This document shows, piece by piece, positions 1 through 9,275 of a stretch of DNA of 52,040 nt. Where the stretch lies: the IMG/VR virus record IMGVR_UViG_3300038393_001982, positions 1 to 52,040 of that record; one strand, given 5' to 3'. Position numbers and translations under genes: made by a program. The notes under the pieces are model-generated. The model did no database searches. It was not told the DNA's origin and was given only the letters and a program-made list of their open reading frames with translations. Origin of the DNA: a virus (taxonomy: Duplodnaviria > Caudoviricetes). Each line of letters begins with the position of its first letter. Position 1 is the first letter of the stretch.

Positions 1-307
1 TTCCGAACGGCCGGCTCGTCGGCCTCGGTGACGACGCACGAGGTAGACCGCAGAATCGCCTTGCGCTGAAGAACCCAGAAGACCTGGAGCACGTCTGCGG
101 GCACTTCTTGGTCAGGCTCGTAGTCGTCGGGGTCGAAGCGCTGCCAGTCCCAGCGGAACACGAGGTTGAGGTCGGGGTCCTCGGCGCCCCAGTCCTGGTA
201 GAAGTCGGTCCAGGACTCGTAGGACGTGTGGAGTCCTTCACCGGCACGGGCGTAGTAGTTGCCCTGGGTGCAGTAGTACGGGTGGTCAATCTCCCAGAGG
301 TGGCGGG

Positions 308-430
308 TCACTGCGGGTCTCCTTCGGGTTGGTAGCGGCGCTTGGCGCCGTGGCAGAGGGCGATGGTGATGAGCGCGGGGCCGGCGGCGAGCAGGCCGCC
401 GGCCACGAGCAGCAGGAACGGGGTCGTCAC
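308..430 (-). CDS. Small membrane protein
   Basis: GTG start, MTTPFLLLVAGGLLAAGPALITIALC hydrophobic helix, GTGA overlaps with neighbours. Confidence 0.5.
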   Translation of the reverse strand: MTTPFLLLVAGGLLAAGPALITIALCHGAKRRYQPEGDPQ

Positions 431-561
431 CCGGCGGCCCGCAGGATGGCGTTGGCCAGGCTGACGGCGAGATCGGGGATCTCCATCTCGTCGATGCCGA
501 CCTCGTTCTCGATGGCCTCCAGGGCTGCGGTGAGGATCTCGGTCAGCTGCTCGTGGTCCAC
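427..561 (-). CDS. Hypothetical small acidic protein
   Basis: GGAGGAG RBS before GTG; VDHEQLTEILTAALEAIENEVGIDEMEIPDLAVSLANAILRAAG. Confidence 0.5.
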   Translation of the reverse strand: MDHEQLTEILTAALEAIENEVGIDEMEIPDLAVSLANAILRAAG

Positions 562-617
562 GGTGGTCTCCTCCGGGGTGGGGCCGCCGCCCGGGGGGGC
601 GGCGGCGGGACGGGTGG

Positions 618-800
618 TCAGCGGTGGCCGGCGGTCCAGCAGTCGGGGCAGATGTCCCGGCCACCGGGGCGCTGGTGCCAGCCGTCGGCCTTGCGGACCC
701 GGCGGACGTCCTTGACCGTCCGGGCCTCGGGGTGGTGGATCTCCGGGGCCTCGCAGTTGGGCCCGTCACAGTGGACGATCGGGATCATGTAGAAGCTCAC
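618..800 (-). CDS. Small Cys-containing (possible Zn-binding) protein
   Basis: CDGPNC...GWHQRPGGRDICPDC; coupled to the methyltransferase stop. Confidence 0.6.
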   Translation of the reverse strand: MSFYMIPIVHCDGPNCEAPEIHHPEARTVKDVRRVRKADGWHQRPGGRDICPDCWTAGHR

Positions 801-2419
801 GCGGCAGCCCCGGCACGCGCGGGCTGGAGGTCCTCGCCGGTGATGGACTCGACCAGGGCGCTCATCAGGACCTCGGCGGCCGGCGGGGTGACGGCGTTGC
901 CGTACTGGCGGACCTGCTCCCGCTTGTTGCCGAGCACCGTGTAGTCGCGGCCGAACGCCATCGCGGCGCCGATCTCGGTGGGGCTGAGCATCCGGAACAG
1001 GCACTCTTCGACGGCGAGTTCCGTCGTCACCAGGGCGTGGCGGTCGACGGTTGTCACGGTGGGGGCGGGCTGGCCGGTCGGGCGGGCGGTGCCGTTGCCG
1101 TAGTACGGGACGAGCAGGGCCTCGGTTTCGCGGGTGGTGCGGGCCCGGAACGGTTCGTCGGTCGGGCGGGCCTCTTCGTTCCAGGTGCCGCCGGCGGGGA
1201 CGAGCATGGGCGGGGCGACCAGGCCGTGGTGGTTGCCCGAGGCGCAGACGGTGGCAAGCGGGTCGGACGCGGGCCGGTGGTCGGAGCCGCCGCCGCGGAG
1301 CTCGGCGAGGAACGGCTCGAACCAGGCGAGGCCGGTCTCGTTGCGGGTCGTCATGGTCCGCAGCGGGTCGAGGGCGGACAGGGCGGCCTTCCCGTCGCGG
1401 CCTTCCACCGGCACCATCAACGGCTCGTACGCCAACGCCTTGGTCGCGGTGGTCGTCTGGGTCGTCAGCGGGCCGTCCAGCGGCCAGGTCCGGACGCCGG
1501 GCCGGCGCTCGAAGGTGTTGCCCGCAGCTTCCAGGCTGATCGGGCGGGCGTACTTGGCGAGGCCGGCGCGGATCCGGGCGAGGGTTTTCGCGGCGAGGGG
1601 CTTGGCGCGGTCGCCGATGCGCTGGCCGGGGGTGTCCCAGTCGATCGCGGCGGCGGCCGGGAGGGCCCACGGCTCGACGGGGGTCCAGCAGCCGGCGACG
1701 GGGCAGCGGTAGATGTACTGGGCGCGGTAGCGGCCCCATTCGCGGTCGGGGTTCTTCCACGACTGGACGGCGTGGACGCGGCCGTGCTCGGGGCAGAGAG
1801 CATCGGGGCGGGTCCACTTCTCGATCTGCGGGGCCCGGTTGCCCTTGCGCCAGTACACGACGTACATGCGGTCGCGGGACTGCGGGGCAAGGGGGGTGCC
1901 GAAGCGGGGTCGGGCGTGCATGGAGTTGAGGTAGACGAGGCGCAGTTCGTAGCCGAGGGCGCGCAGGGCCATGCACCAGGCGTCGAACAGGGCCCAGTTG
2001 CGGGCGTCGACGACGTTCTCGACGACGCCGCCGAGGACGGGCCGGCCGCGCAGGACCATGGCCTCCAGGTAGCGGGGGACGTCCCACATTGTCGCTCGGG
2101 AGCGGACGGCGGCTTCCTCGGGGAGGACCTCGCCGAACAGGTCGGGCTGCAGATCGTTGGCTCGCTTGACGCCCTTGGCGACAGAGTGGTTGGTGCACTC
2201 CGGCGAGGCCCAGAGGAGGTCGGTGCGGGGGTAGCGGCGGAAGTCGATCTGGGAGATGTCGGCGCAGTCGTGGCGGACCTCGGGGAAGTTCTCCTGGTGG
2301 GTGCGGACGGCGAGGTCCCAGTGGTTCGCGGCGGTGGCGACCTGGAGGCCGGGGATGTTGTGCATGCCCTGGCTGGATCCGCCGGCGCCGCAGAAGAAGT
2401 CGGTCACGGTCAGCGTCAT
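797..2419 (-). CDS. DNA (cytosine-5)-methyltransferase, orphan
   Basis: Motif I DFFCGAGG, catalytic WASPEC, ENV, QSRDRMY, motif X GNAV; RBS GGAGA before ATG at 2419. Confidence 0.93.
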   Translation of the reverse strand: MTLTVTDFFCGAGGSSQGMHNIPGLQVATAANHWDLAVRTHQENFPEVRHDCADISQIDFRRYPRTDLLWASPECTNHSVAKGVKRANDLQPDLFGEVLPEEAAVRSRATMWDVPRYLEAMVLRGRPVLGGVVENVVDARNWALFDAWCMALRALGYELRLVYLNSMHARPRFGTPLAPQSRDRMYVVYWRKGNRAPQIEKWTRPDALCPEHGRVHAVQSWKNPDREWGRYRAQYIYRCPVAGCWTPVEPWALPAAAAIDWDTPGQRIGDRAKPLAAKTLARIRAGLAKYARPISLEAAGNTFERRPGVRTWPLDGPLTTQTTTATKALAYEPLMVPVEGRDGKAALSALDPLRTMTTRNETGLAWFEPFLAELRGGGSDHRPASDPLATVCASGNHHGLVAPPMLVPAGGTWNEEARPTDEPFRARTTRETEALLVPYYGNGTARPTGQPAPTVTTVDRHALVTTELAVEECLFRMLSPTEIGAAMAFGRDYTVLGNKREQVRQYGNAVTPPAAEVLMSALVESITGEDLQPARAGAAA

Positions 2420-2582
2420 GTTGGTCTCCGTGGTGGGTGTGTGGCGCGCGCGGTTCGGGGTTGGACCGGTCCGGCGCGGGGGCTGTGGCGGGGGCTGTGG
2501 CGCCCGTTCTCGGTCTGGGTGGCCCCGTTGGTGCGGTTGGGGCTGTGGGGCCGTCAGGCGGGCTGCTGGGGGCCGTCCTGGG

Positions 2583-3344
2583 CTAGTAGCCGCCGTCCTG
2601 GGCGAGCGGGATACGGCGGGCAGCCGCGCGAAGGCCGGCGCGGTAGCGGTCGGGGGTGGCCGGGTCGTCGTGGAGCTCCATGAGGTCCTCGGCGATGGCG
2701 TTCCGGACTGCGGTGCGGTCGGCCGACAGCCGCTCAACCTCGGCGGTGAGGCGTTGAACCTCAGCCTCGGCACGGCGCCTGAAGTCGTGGGCGGTCGGCC
2801 GGTGGCGGCGTTGGACGGTGAGGGTGTACGAGTCCTCGGGGTGCTGGCCGTCCTGGAGGTCGAGGCTCACGGACTTCGGGAAGGTGGCCTCGGTGGTGAG
2901 GTAGTTCTCGGCGCCGGCGTCGTCGAGCATGGTGCGCATCGAGGCGACGAGGACGAGGAGCATCTCGCGGGCGGGCTCGATCTCCAGGCAGACCTGGCCG
3001 TCCTGGATGGTGAGGCCCTTGAGCATGGTCTGGTTGGCGATGCCTTCGGCGATCTCCGTGGTGAGCTCGTCGGCGTGGTCGGCGAGTTGCTGGTTTTCGG
3101 CCTCCAGTTCCCGGACCCGGGCGAGCAGGGCGGGCACGTCCTGCCGGGCGTTCGCCAGGAAGGCGCCGTTGGCGTCGCCGTAGTCCGGGAGGCTGACGGT
3201 GCACGTCTCGCCGATCCACGTGGACACAGCCGGGATGCCAGCGTGCTCACCCTGGTAGATCTCGTGGCCGTCGTTCCACCAGGGTCCGGGGGTGGCGGTG
3301 TCGCAGCGGGCCTGGATGGCGTCGAGGTCGAGGGGCTGGTCCAT
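2583..3344 (-). CDS. Hypothetical phage protein (Ead/Ea22-like N-terminus)
   Basis: LDAIQARCDTATPGPW...NGAFLANARQDVPALLARVRELE motif common in phage early genes. Confidence 0.65.
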   Translation of the reverse strand: MDQPLDLDAIQARCDTATPGPWWNDGHEIYQGEHAGIPAVSTWIGETCTVSLPDYGDANGAFLANARQDVPALLARVRELEAENQQLADHADELTTEIAEGIANQTMLKGLTIQDGQVCLEIEPAREMLLVLVASMRTMLDDAGAENYLTTEATFPKSVSLDLQDGQHPEDSYTLTVQRRHRPTAHDFRRRAEAEVQRLTAEVERLSADRTAVRNAIAEDLMELHDDPATPDRYRAGLRAAARRIPLAQDGGY

Positions 3345-3347
3345 GGT

Positions 3348-3545
3348 TCAGGCCTCCTGGGCGGCGTGGTAGGCGGCGATGTGGTCGGGGTGGAGGGGGC
3401 CGTCGAGGTACGGGCCGACGGCGGGGACGATCCCGGCCGGGTCCTGGCTGGCGTCGATGTCCTGGAGGGCCTGCTCGATGAGCCAGAGGCGGACGCGGGC
3501 GTCCTCAAGGGCGGTAGCGAGGGCGGCGGCCTGGGGCTGGCTCAT
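3348..3545 (-). CDS. Hypothetical protein
   Basis: MSQPQAAALATALEDARVRL; ATGA overlap with upstream gene. Confidence 0.55.
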   Translation of the reverse strand: MSQPQAAALATALEDARVRLWLIEQALQDIDASQDPAGIVPAVGPYLDGPLHPDHIAAYHAAQEA

Positions 3546-3985
3546 CGGGTGGTCTCCTCGGTGGCGGTCGGGCTGGCGTTGAGCGCGGCGATCGGCGGGC
3601 ACGGCCACAGCACGCCGTCCGGCAGCCACTCGGGCCCGTCGCCGTCCTCGTCCTCGCACTGCTCGCAGACCCGGCCGAGCGGTCGCCGCGAGCACACGTA
3701 GCCGTCCTCATCGTCGGGCTCGCTGTGCGCGGCCTCGTACTCGGCCGAGCCGTCGTCCGGGCAGCCGCAGGAGTCGGCCCGGGCATACACCTGAACGGGC
3801 TGGTGGCTGTAGCGGGTGATCAGGTCGGGATAGGTGGCCTCGATGTGCTGGTGGAACCGGTCGCGCATCTCGATGGCGGTCTCGTTGTTGTAGGTCAGCG
3901 GGTGCATCCACAGGGCGTGGAAGACGGCTCCCTCGGCGCGGAGTGCGCGGCGCTTCCACTGCTCGGCGGTCAGGGGCTGGGTCAT
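3542..3985 (-). CDS. Hypothetical protein with Cys cluster
   Basis: VCEQC...WPCP motif, RBS GAGGA. Confidence 0.65.
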   Translation of the reverse strand: MTQPLTAEQWKRRALRAEGAVFHALWMHPLTYNNETAIEMRDRFHQHIEATYPDLITRYSHQPVQVYARADSCGCPDDGSAEYEAAHSEPDDEDGYVCSRRPLGRVCEQCEDEDGDGPEWLPDGVLWPCPPIAALNASPTATEETTR

Positions 3986-3994
3986 GGCGGGTCC

Positions 3995-4411
3995 TCAGGC
4001 AGACGGGGCGGCGGCCGGCTGCACGGTGTAGGTGCCGTCGGGCTGGCGGGTGATGGTGTCGCCGATCAGGGCGACCGCGTGGGGCTGGCCCTGGTGGGCG
4101 CGGATGGTGATGCCGTCCTTCACGGCCCCGTCCTTGCTGGGCGCGTAGTGCGGCTTCGACGGGTCGATGACCTCGCACAGGTCGAGGCCGTTGTCGGCGG
4201 TGACGGTCCAGGTGGTCGGCTTGCTGGTGCAGGTGGGGCAGTAGGTCCAGCTGTCGACGCACAGCCAGCCGAGGGTGCGGGCGTGGTCGGTGATGAGCTG
4301 GAGTCGCTGGGTCTTGGTCGTGTCGTCGGTGACGACGAAGTCGGCGGCGAGCTGGGTGGGGCAGAGCTCGCAGGCGACGGCGAGTTGGGCGGGGTAGGTC
4401 TCGGGCTGCAT
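3995..4411 (-). CDS. Hypothetical Zn-finger-like protein
   Basis: MQPETYPAQLAVACELC...GWLC...YCPTC. Confidence 0.6.
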   Translation of the reverse strand: MQPETYPAQLAVACELCPTQLAADFVVTDDTTKTQRLQLITDHARTLGWLCVDSWTYCPTCTSKPTTWTVTADNGLDLCEVIDPSKPHYAPSKDGAVKDGITIRAHQGQPHAVALIGDTITRQPDGTYTVQPAAAPSA

Positions 4412-4484
4412 CGAGGGTCTCCTCAGGCGGCGGTGCGGGTGGTGTGGACGAGCCAGGTGTCGAGCCGGGTGGGGTGGCTGCCGT

Positions 4485-5117
4485 TCAGGCGGCGGGGCGT
4501 GCGGCGTAGGCGTCGCGGCGGCTGCTGTGGGTGTCCGTCTTGATCTCCTTGCCGCTGGGCCTCCTGCACGGCTTCCCGGGGGCTGCGCGGCACAGTTCGA
4601 GCGGGCAGGCGATGGCGAGTTCGGGGAAGCGGCCGGTTCGGCGGCCGATGCCGGCTGCGGCAAGTTCGTCGCGCAGGTGGGCGGGCATCTGGCCGATGCC
4701 GGTGAGGGTGTCGGCGATGGTGGGGTGCGGGCCGCCCTTGAGCTGGCGGTTGATCTCGGGTTCGATCCGGCCATCGGCGATGGCAGTGATCTGCTGGCGA
4801 CGGCGCTCAACGAACTCGGCGCCGGTCTCGCTCGGGATGGCCGGGTAGATGATGCTGTCGGCCGCCGGGATGCGTTCGCCGCGGATTTCCTTGCGGAGCT
4901 GCTTGACGTGGTGGGGCTGGATCCAGCGGGTGCCGTCGAGGTCGCCGTCCCGGGCGGGCTTGGCGTAGAAGCGGGCGACGGCGGCGAACGCGTCGGGGTC
5001 GGCGGGGATGTCCTTGAGGGCTTCGGCCCACGCGATGCTGGCGGCCTTGGACGGCTTGCGGTTGTCGAACGCGGCGGCGTGGGCGAGGAGCTTGGTCGCT
5101 TCAACGGCGTCCATCAC
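4485..5117 (-). CDS. Replication-associated protein (helicase loader/inhibitor-like N-terminus, C-terminal Zn finger)
   Basis: EATKLLAHAAAFDNRKPS...AWAEAL, CPLELC...C...H; directly downstream of the initiator. Confidence 0.6.
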   Translation of the reverse strand: MMDAVEATKLLAHAAAFDNRKPSKAASIAWAEALKDIPADPDAFAAVARFYAKPARDGDLDGTRWIQPHHVKQLRKEIRGERIPAADSIIYPAIPSETGAEFVERRRQQITAIADGRIEPEINRQLKGGPHPTIADTLTGIGQMPAHLRDELAAAGIGRRTGRFPELAIACPLELCRAAPGKPCRRPSGKEIKTDTHSSRRDAYAARPAA

Positions 5118-6046
5118 TGGCTCCCTTCGGCGAGGAGTTCCTGCATGAGGTCGTAGTGCTCAGCGATGCGGCTGTCGGTGCCAGGCAGGTGGTTGCCGCG
5201 GCCAGCCGGTGCGACAGCGGTACCGGGCTGCTGCTGGTTGCGGGTGGCCTGGAGGCGCATCTGGTCGTACTTGTCGCGAAGCTTGGGCATCGACAGGACG
5301 ACGCCGCGCCAGAACTCGGAGGCCTGCGACCACTCGATGGCGCCGAGGACCTGCTCGACGGTGCGGCCGTCCTTGTCGAGCAGCAGCCGGGCGGAGGTGC
5401 GCCACCGGTCGTTGATGGTGGGCCGCTTGCTGCCGTTGTTCTCGATGGCGTCGGCGAGGGCCCGGCAGACGCGTTCGACGTCTGCTCGTGGTGGCTCGTC
5501 GTGACCGGCCTTACGGCGCGCACGTGAAGAAGTACGTAGTACTTCTTCTACCTCTGTCTCTGTCTCTGTCTCTGCTTCGGTTTTGCTTCGCGTTTGCTTC
5601 AGCACTTGCTTCGCGTTTGCTTCACCGTTTGCTTCGGCCTGAGAAGCTGCCCGACGGGACTCGCCGGAGCGCTTTCCGCCTCGCTGACCTGCGGCGGAAC
5701 GCTTCTCGCGGAGCGCGGCGACCTCCGACGCGGACCGCTGGTGCTCCAGATAGTCGTGGACCACGTACACGTCAGGGCCTCCGACGGGGCATCGCGGGCA
5801 GTCGTGTTCGCCTTCGTGAAGCAAGCCAACGCGAAGCAGTGCCGAAGCACTTGCTTCAGGTTTGCTTCCGTCGGTCAACCGGGGGATCAGACGCTTCGGA
5901 ACCAGGCCGTCGGTCAGCTGACGCGACGAGTAGCAGAGCGCGCTGACGTACAGCCACGCGGCCTCCCCGCCCACCTCGACGATCTTCGGGTGGTCCGTCA
6001 GCCCATCGTGGACACGGACGTAAGTGCGCCGGTCCTTCTCGGCCAT
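5114..6046 (-). CDS. Phage replication initiator protein (lambda O-like organisation)
   Basis: HPK...AAWLYV...HDYLEHQ N-terminal domain, low-complexity linker carrying iterons, C-terminal FW...SMPKLRDKYDQM motif. Confidence 0.8.
   Translation of the reverse strand: MAEKDRRTYVRVHDGLTDHPKIVEVGGEAAWLYVSALCYSSRQLTDGLVPKRLIPRLTDGSKPEASASALLRVGLLHEGEHDCPRCPVGGPDVYVVHDYLEHQRSASEVAALREKRSAAGQRGGKRSGESRRAASQAEANGEANAKQVLKQTRSKTEAETETETEVEEVLRTSSRARRKAGHDEPPRADVERVCRALADAIENNGSKRPTINDRWRTSARLLLDKDGRTVEQVLGAIEWSQASEFWRGVVLSMPKLRDKYDQMRLQATRNQQQPGTAVAPAGRGNHLPGTDSRIAEHYDLMQELLAEGSQ
5526..5868. repeat. Putative replication origin: phased TGCTTC iterons and inverted repeat
   Basis: TGCTTC at 5573, 5584, 5595, 5607, 5618, 5630, 5852, 5863; inverted GAAGCA at 5818, 5833, 5844; GAAGAAGTAC-GTA-GTACTTCTTC at 5526-5548. 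Confidence 0.8.
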
Positions 6047-6085
6047 GTGCTGGTCTCCGGTCAGTTGGTGCGGTCGGGGTTGGTG

Positions 6086-6119
6086 GCCTGGGGCGGGGGA
6101 TGGACACCCCGCCCCAGGC
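6086..6119. terminator. GC-rich hairpin between the clamp-like gene and the initiator
   Basis: gcctggggcgggg...ccccgccccaggc inverted repeat. Confidence 0.5.
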
Positions 6120-6131
6120 AGATCAGGCGAG

Positions 6132-6959
6132 TCAGGCCTCGGCGCGGGTGAGCGGGCCGAACTCGGCGATCACCTTGCTGAGGAGCCACGGGTCGTCCTC
6201 GATGCCGACGAACTCCATCAGCGGCTCGCCGTTCACCCCGTCCTGGCCGGCGTACTGCCACGGGTCGCCGTGCCGGTCCGTCCAGGTCGCCGTCAGGTCG
6301 TAGCGCGCGCCCATGACCACGGCGTCGGTCCGCCGGAGCGGCGCCAGCCACTTCTCCACCACGCCATCTCGGCTTTTCTGCTCACTGTGGACCGGCATCA
6401 CGAAGCCGATGAACCCGCCACCCTCCTCGGCCAGCACCAGCGGCGACCGCGGGCCGTCCTGCCAGGAGTGGAGCATCGGGCCGATGCCCTTGAAACGGGC
6501 CAGGTAGGTGCTGTTGTACCCGGTGAACCCGGCGTCCTTCTCGGACTTCTGGAGGATGTCGCGGGCCAGCTTCCGCCAGTCGGGGAAGTGTCGGCGGTTC
6601 GACGTCTTGTCGGGCACTCGCATCGAGCCAGCCGCCGACTGCAGCACGATGACGGTGTCGTCGTTGACGACCTCGATGCCCAGCTCGACGACGGCGCCCG
6701 GGTTGAGGCGCTCCAGCCACGCCACGACGACCGGGACGTCATCGCGGCGGAGGTGAGCTGCCCACGGGCCGCTATCGACAGTCTCGACCCGGTTGATGGC
6801 GAAGGTGTACCGGTCGGTGGCGATCGTGAAGAGGTAGCTGCCGCTGGCCTCAATGCGGATGGCGTTGAGGGCGTCGAGCTCGGTGTCCCGGCTGACGTGC
6901 GGGCGGACACGGGTGAGGCTGGCCGCCAACTCGGCAGCGTGGATTGGGGTGGTGCTCAT
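6132..6959 (-). CDS. DNA polymerase III beta-clamp-like protein with short C-terminal extra domain
   Basis: LNAIRIE...ATDRYT, FPDWRKL, N..YL..F, GFVMPV resemble DnaN domains. Confidence 0.7.
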   Translation of the reverse strand: MSTTPIHAAELAASLTRVRPHVSRDTELDALNAIRIEASGSYLFTIATDRYTFAINRVETVDSGPWAAHLRRDDVPVVVAWLERLNPGAVVELGIEVVNDDTVIVLQSAAGSMRVPDKTSNRRHFPDWRKLARDILQKSEKDAGFTGYNSTYLARFKGIGPMLHSWQDGPRSPLVLAEEGGGFIGFVMPVHSEQKSRDGVVEKWLAPLRRTDAVVMGARYDLTATWTDRHGDPWQYAGQDGVNGEPLMEFVGIEDDPWLLSKVIAEFGPLTRAEA

Positions 6960-7129
6960 CGTTGGCACTCCTTCGGGTCGGGGGGTTCGGCGCGCCCGTT
7001 CTCGCGGGCGGGGGTGTGGTCGGGGCAGCGCCAACCGGTCCGGTAGAAGCGGGCGTCGCGCCCGCAGTAGCGGTCCTGGCCGTCCGGCTGGTCGGGCTGC
7101 GGGGCTAGCGGCTGCCGGCAGGCGCTCAC
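6956..7129 (-). CDS. Small Cys/His protein
   Basis: CGRDARFYRTGWRCPDHTPA...EPP; overlaps neighbours via GTGA/ATGA. Confidence 0.55.
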   Translation of the reverse strand: MSACRQPLAPQPDQPDGQDRYCGRDARFYRTGWRCPDHTPARENGRAEPPDPKECQR

Positions 7130-7311
7130 GGCGTCGGCCGGTCGAGGCCGAGGGCGGCCAGCAGCAGGGCCTCGTCGGCGTCGTCACGGGCTCGGGAGGC
7201 GATGTAGCGGCGGGCCCTCTCCTGGTCCACCTCGGGCACCTCGGCGGCTGTCAACGTCACCGAGTACGACTCCGCCCGGTCCGCCGGGTCTCGGTAGCGC
7301 TGGGCCGTCAT
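7126..7311 (-). CDS. Hypothetical protein
   Basis: ARRYIASRARDDADEALLLAALGL; coupled start/stop. Confidence 0.55.
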   Translation of the reverse strand: MTAQRYRDPADRAESYSVTLTAAEVPEVDQERARRYIASRARDDADEALLLAALGLDRPTP

Positions 7312-7757
7312 GCCGCCCACTCCCCGGCCCACTTCTGCACCGTCTTCGGCCCTACGCCCAACTGCCGGGCCACCTCGGTGATCGTGAAGCCCTGTCCCAG
7401 GTGCAGCTCGCGGGCGAGCTGCACCTGCTCGGAGCGCAGGACACGCTCGGCACCGAGCGTGGTCGGGCCCTCAACGTCGTAGCCAAGGCTGCGGATCGTC
7501 AGTCGGCCGTGAACCTTCGGCGGCGCCGGGCGGCCATGCTCGTCCCAGGTGATGAACCCGAGAGCGTCATCCACACGAGCGTTGGGGTCGACCATGGCGC
7601 CGAGAAGCACGACAAGGGCAATCAGCTCCTGTCGGTCGAGACGCTTCGTGTGGTGGTCGATGTCGTGACGGTCGCCGTCGCCGTTGACGACGCACGCGAT
7701 CCGCGCCGCGATTGGCAGCAGCCGCTCGACCAGGTCGCCGCCTTCCTCGGGAGTCAC
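7308..7757 (-). CDS. HTH DNA-binding protein
   Basis: C-terminal GFTITEVARQLGVGPKTVQKW. Confidence 0.7.
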   Translation of the reverse strand: MTPEEGGDLVERLLPIAARIACVVNGDGDRHDIDHHTKRLDRQELIALVVLLGAMVDPNARVDDALGFITWDEHGRPAPPKVHGRLTIRSLGYDVEGPTTLGAERVLRSEQVQLARELHLGQGFTITEVARQLGVGPKTVQKWAGEWAA

Positions 7758-8506
7758 GACGCCACCTCCTGCCGGGGGATGAGCGGCCAGTGCCCGTGCA
7801 CGCCGGAGGCGTCGCGGCCCCGGGTGGCGAGGTAGTCCCGCAGCCCGTCGGCCTGCTGTCGCGCCCACACCTGCTGCTGGGCGTGCAGCTCAGCCAGCGT
7901 CAGCCGGCCCACGGCCGGGTAGCGGGCGCCGATCTCCACCGCGACCCGGGCCGCCGCGAGAGCGTCCGCCGTCGCGTCGTGCGCCTCGGTGAGAGGCACC
8001 CCGTAGTGCAGGCACAGCGAGCCAAGGTTGCGCTTGCCGGGCCGGTACCGGTCGACGTGCCGATCCAGGACCAGCGGGTCGATCGCGAGCGGCTCGGCCC
8101 CGGCCTGCTCGGCCAGCGACGGCAGGCCGTGCCGGGCGAACTCCCGGTCCAACAGCGACAGGTCGTACGGCGCGTTCATCACCACTAGCGGCGTCCCCGC
8201 GGCGACATACTCGGCGAGCGCGATTCCGACGCCCTGGATGACCTTCGCGGCCGGCCAGCCCTTCGCCCGCGCCACCTCCGTCGTGATGCCGTGCACCCGG
8301 CTCGCAGCCTCCGGGATCTCGATCCCCGGGTCGGCCAGCCAGGACAGGCGCGTCGGCGCCCAACGGCCCTCGTCGTCCTCCGCCCATTTCCCGCGCTGGG
8401 CACGGAACCCCAGCACCGTCGCGGTCACGACCCGGTCGGACTCGACGTCCAAGCCAGACGTCTCCGTGTCGAACGCTGCCAGCGGCTCCTCGAACCAGAC
8501 GGTCAT
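7754..8506 (-). CDS. DEDDh 3'-5' exonuclease (DnaQ-like)
   Basis: FDTETSG, VHGIT, NAPYDL, AHDATADA. Confidence 0.9.
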   Translation of the reverse strand: MTVWFEEPLAAFDTETSGLDVESDRVVTATVLGFRAQRGKWAEDDEGRWAPTRLSWLADPGIEIPEAASRVHGITTEVARAKGWPAAKVIQGVGIALAEYVAAGTPLVVMNAPYDLSLLDREFARHGLPSLAEQAGAEPLAIDPLVLDRHVDRYRPGKRNLGSLCLHYGVPLTEAHDATADALAAARVAVEIGARYPAVGRLTLAELHAQQQVWARQQADGLRDYLATRGRDASGVHGHWPLIPRQEVAS

Positions 8507-8751
8507 GCCGTCACCCCCACCGTGCCGACGTAGCGGGCGTACACCAGGGCATCGCCCTCGCCACCGATTCGGACCTCGGCCTCGAACGTCCCGGCCGGCT
8601 GGTAGGAGATCAGGCGCCCGGTCTCGATCGAGCGGGCCGTCGTCTTCGCGGCGCCCTGCCACACGTAGTTGCTGACCAGACCCCACTCGCCCGGCAAAGA
8701 CCGCAGACCCTCGGCGATCGGCTCGTGACGGATGTGCTTGTGCCTGCTCAT
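8503..8751 (-). CDS. Hypothetical protein
   Basis: LPGEW...YQPAGTFEA...VYARYVG; coupled genes. Confidence 0.6.
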   Translation of the reverse strand: MSRHKHIRHEPIAEGLRSLPGEWGLVSNYVWQGAAKTTARSIETGRLISYQPAGTFEAEVRIGGEGDALVYARYVGTVGVTA

Positions 8752-9275
8752 TCAGCACCCCCGGCGGTCAGCTCGGGCAAGACCAGCGCGGTCAGCGCGC
8801 CGGACTGCCAGGCCTCTGCGACCGCGTCGCGGCCGGTCTTCTCCCACGTGGTGCGGGTGTACGAGGCGCGCGGCTGCATCCGGACTCCCGGCACGTCGTG
8901 GACCACACCGGTCTCCTGGTCCACCCACTGCGGCACGCCGGCCGCCGTGAGCTCCTTGAGCAGCGACTTGACGAACGCCTCGCGGACGCTGGTGACGAAC
9001 TCGCGCCGGATCTGGTCCGGCCGGTTCTCCCGCACCCACGCCAGGAACGCCGCCTCGTCGACCACCTCGGCGGCCCGCGACCCCGGGACCAGGACCACCT
9101 TCGCGACGACCGTCCCGTCCGGCAGCGTCGCCTCGATCCGGGTCGTGCCGGTCTCCTCCCGGGCGGCCTTCATACCGGCGGCCTGGTCCGCCTTCGCGGT
9201 CTTCAGCTCCTCGCCGATGGCGTCGTACAGGGCCTGCAGCACAGCGGCCCGGCCCGCGGTCTCCTTGAGATTCAC
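8748..9275 (-). CDS. Hypothetical protein (possible Mu Gam/Gp157-like)
   Basis: VVDEAAFLAWV...TGVVHDVPGV; adjacent to recombinase. Confidence 0.6.
   Translation of the reverse strand: MNLKETAGRAAVLQALYDAIGEELKTAKADQAAGMKAAREETGTTRIEATLPDGTVVAKVVLVPGSRAAEVVDEAAFLAWVRENRPDQIRREFVTSVREAFVKSLLKELTAAGVPQWVDQETGVVHDVPGVRMQPRASYTRTTWEKTGRDAVAEAWQSGALTALVLPELTAGGAE

Larger units (their letters stand above)
1..619 (+). repeat. Terminal direct repeat, copy 1 (identical to 51422-52040)
   Basis: ttccgaacggccggctc...acgggtggtc occurs at both ends. Confidence 0.97.
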
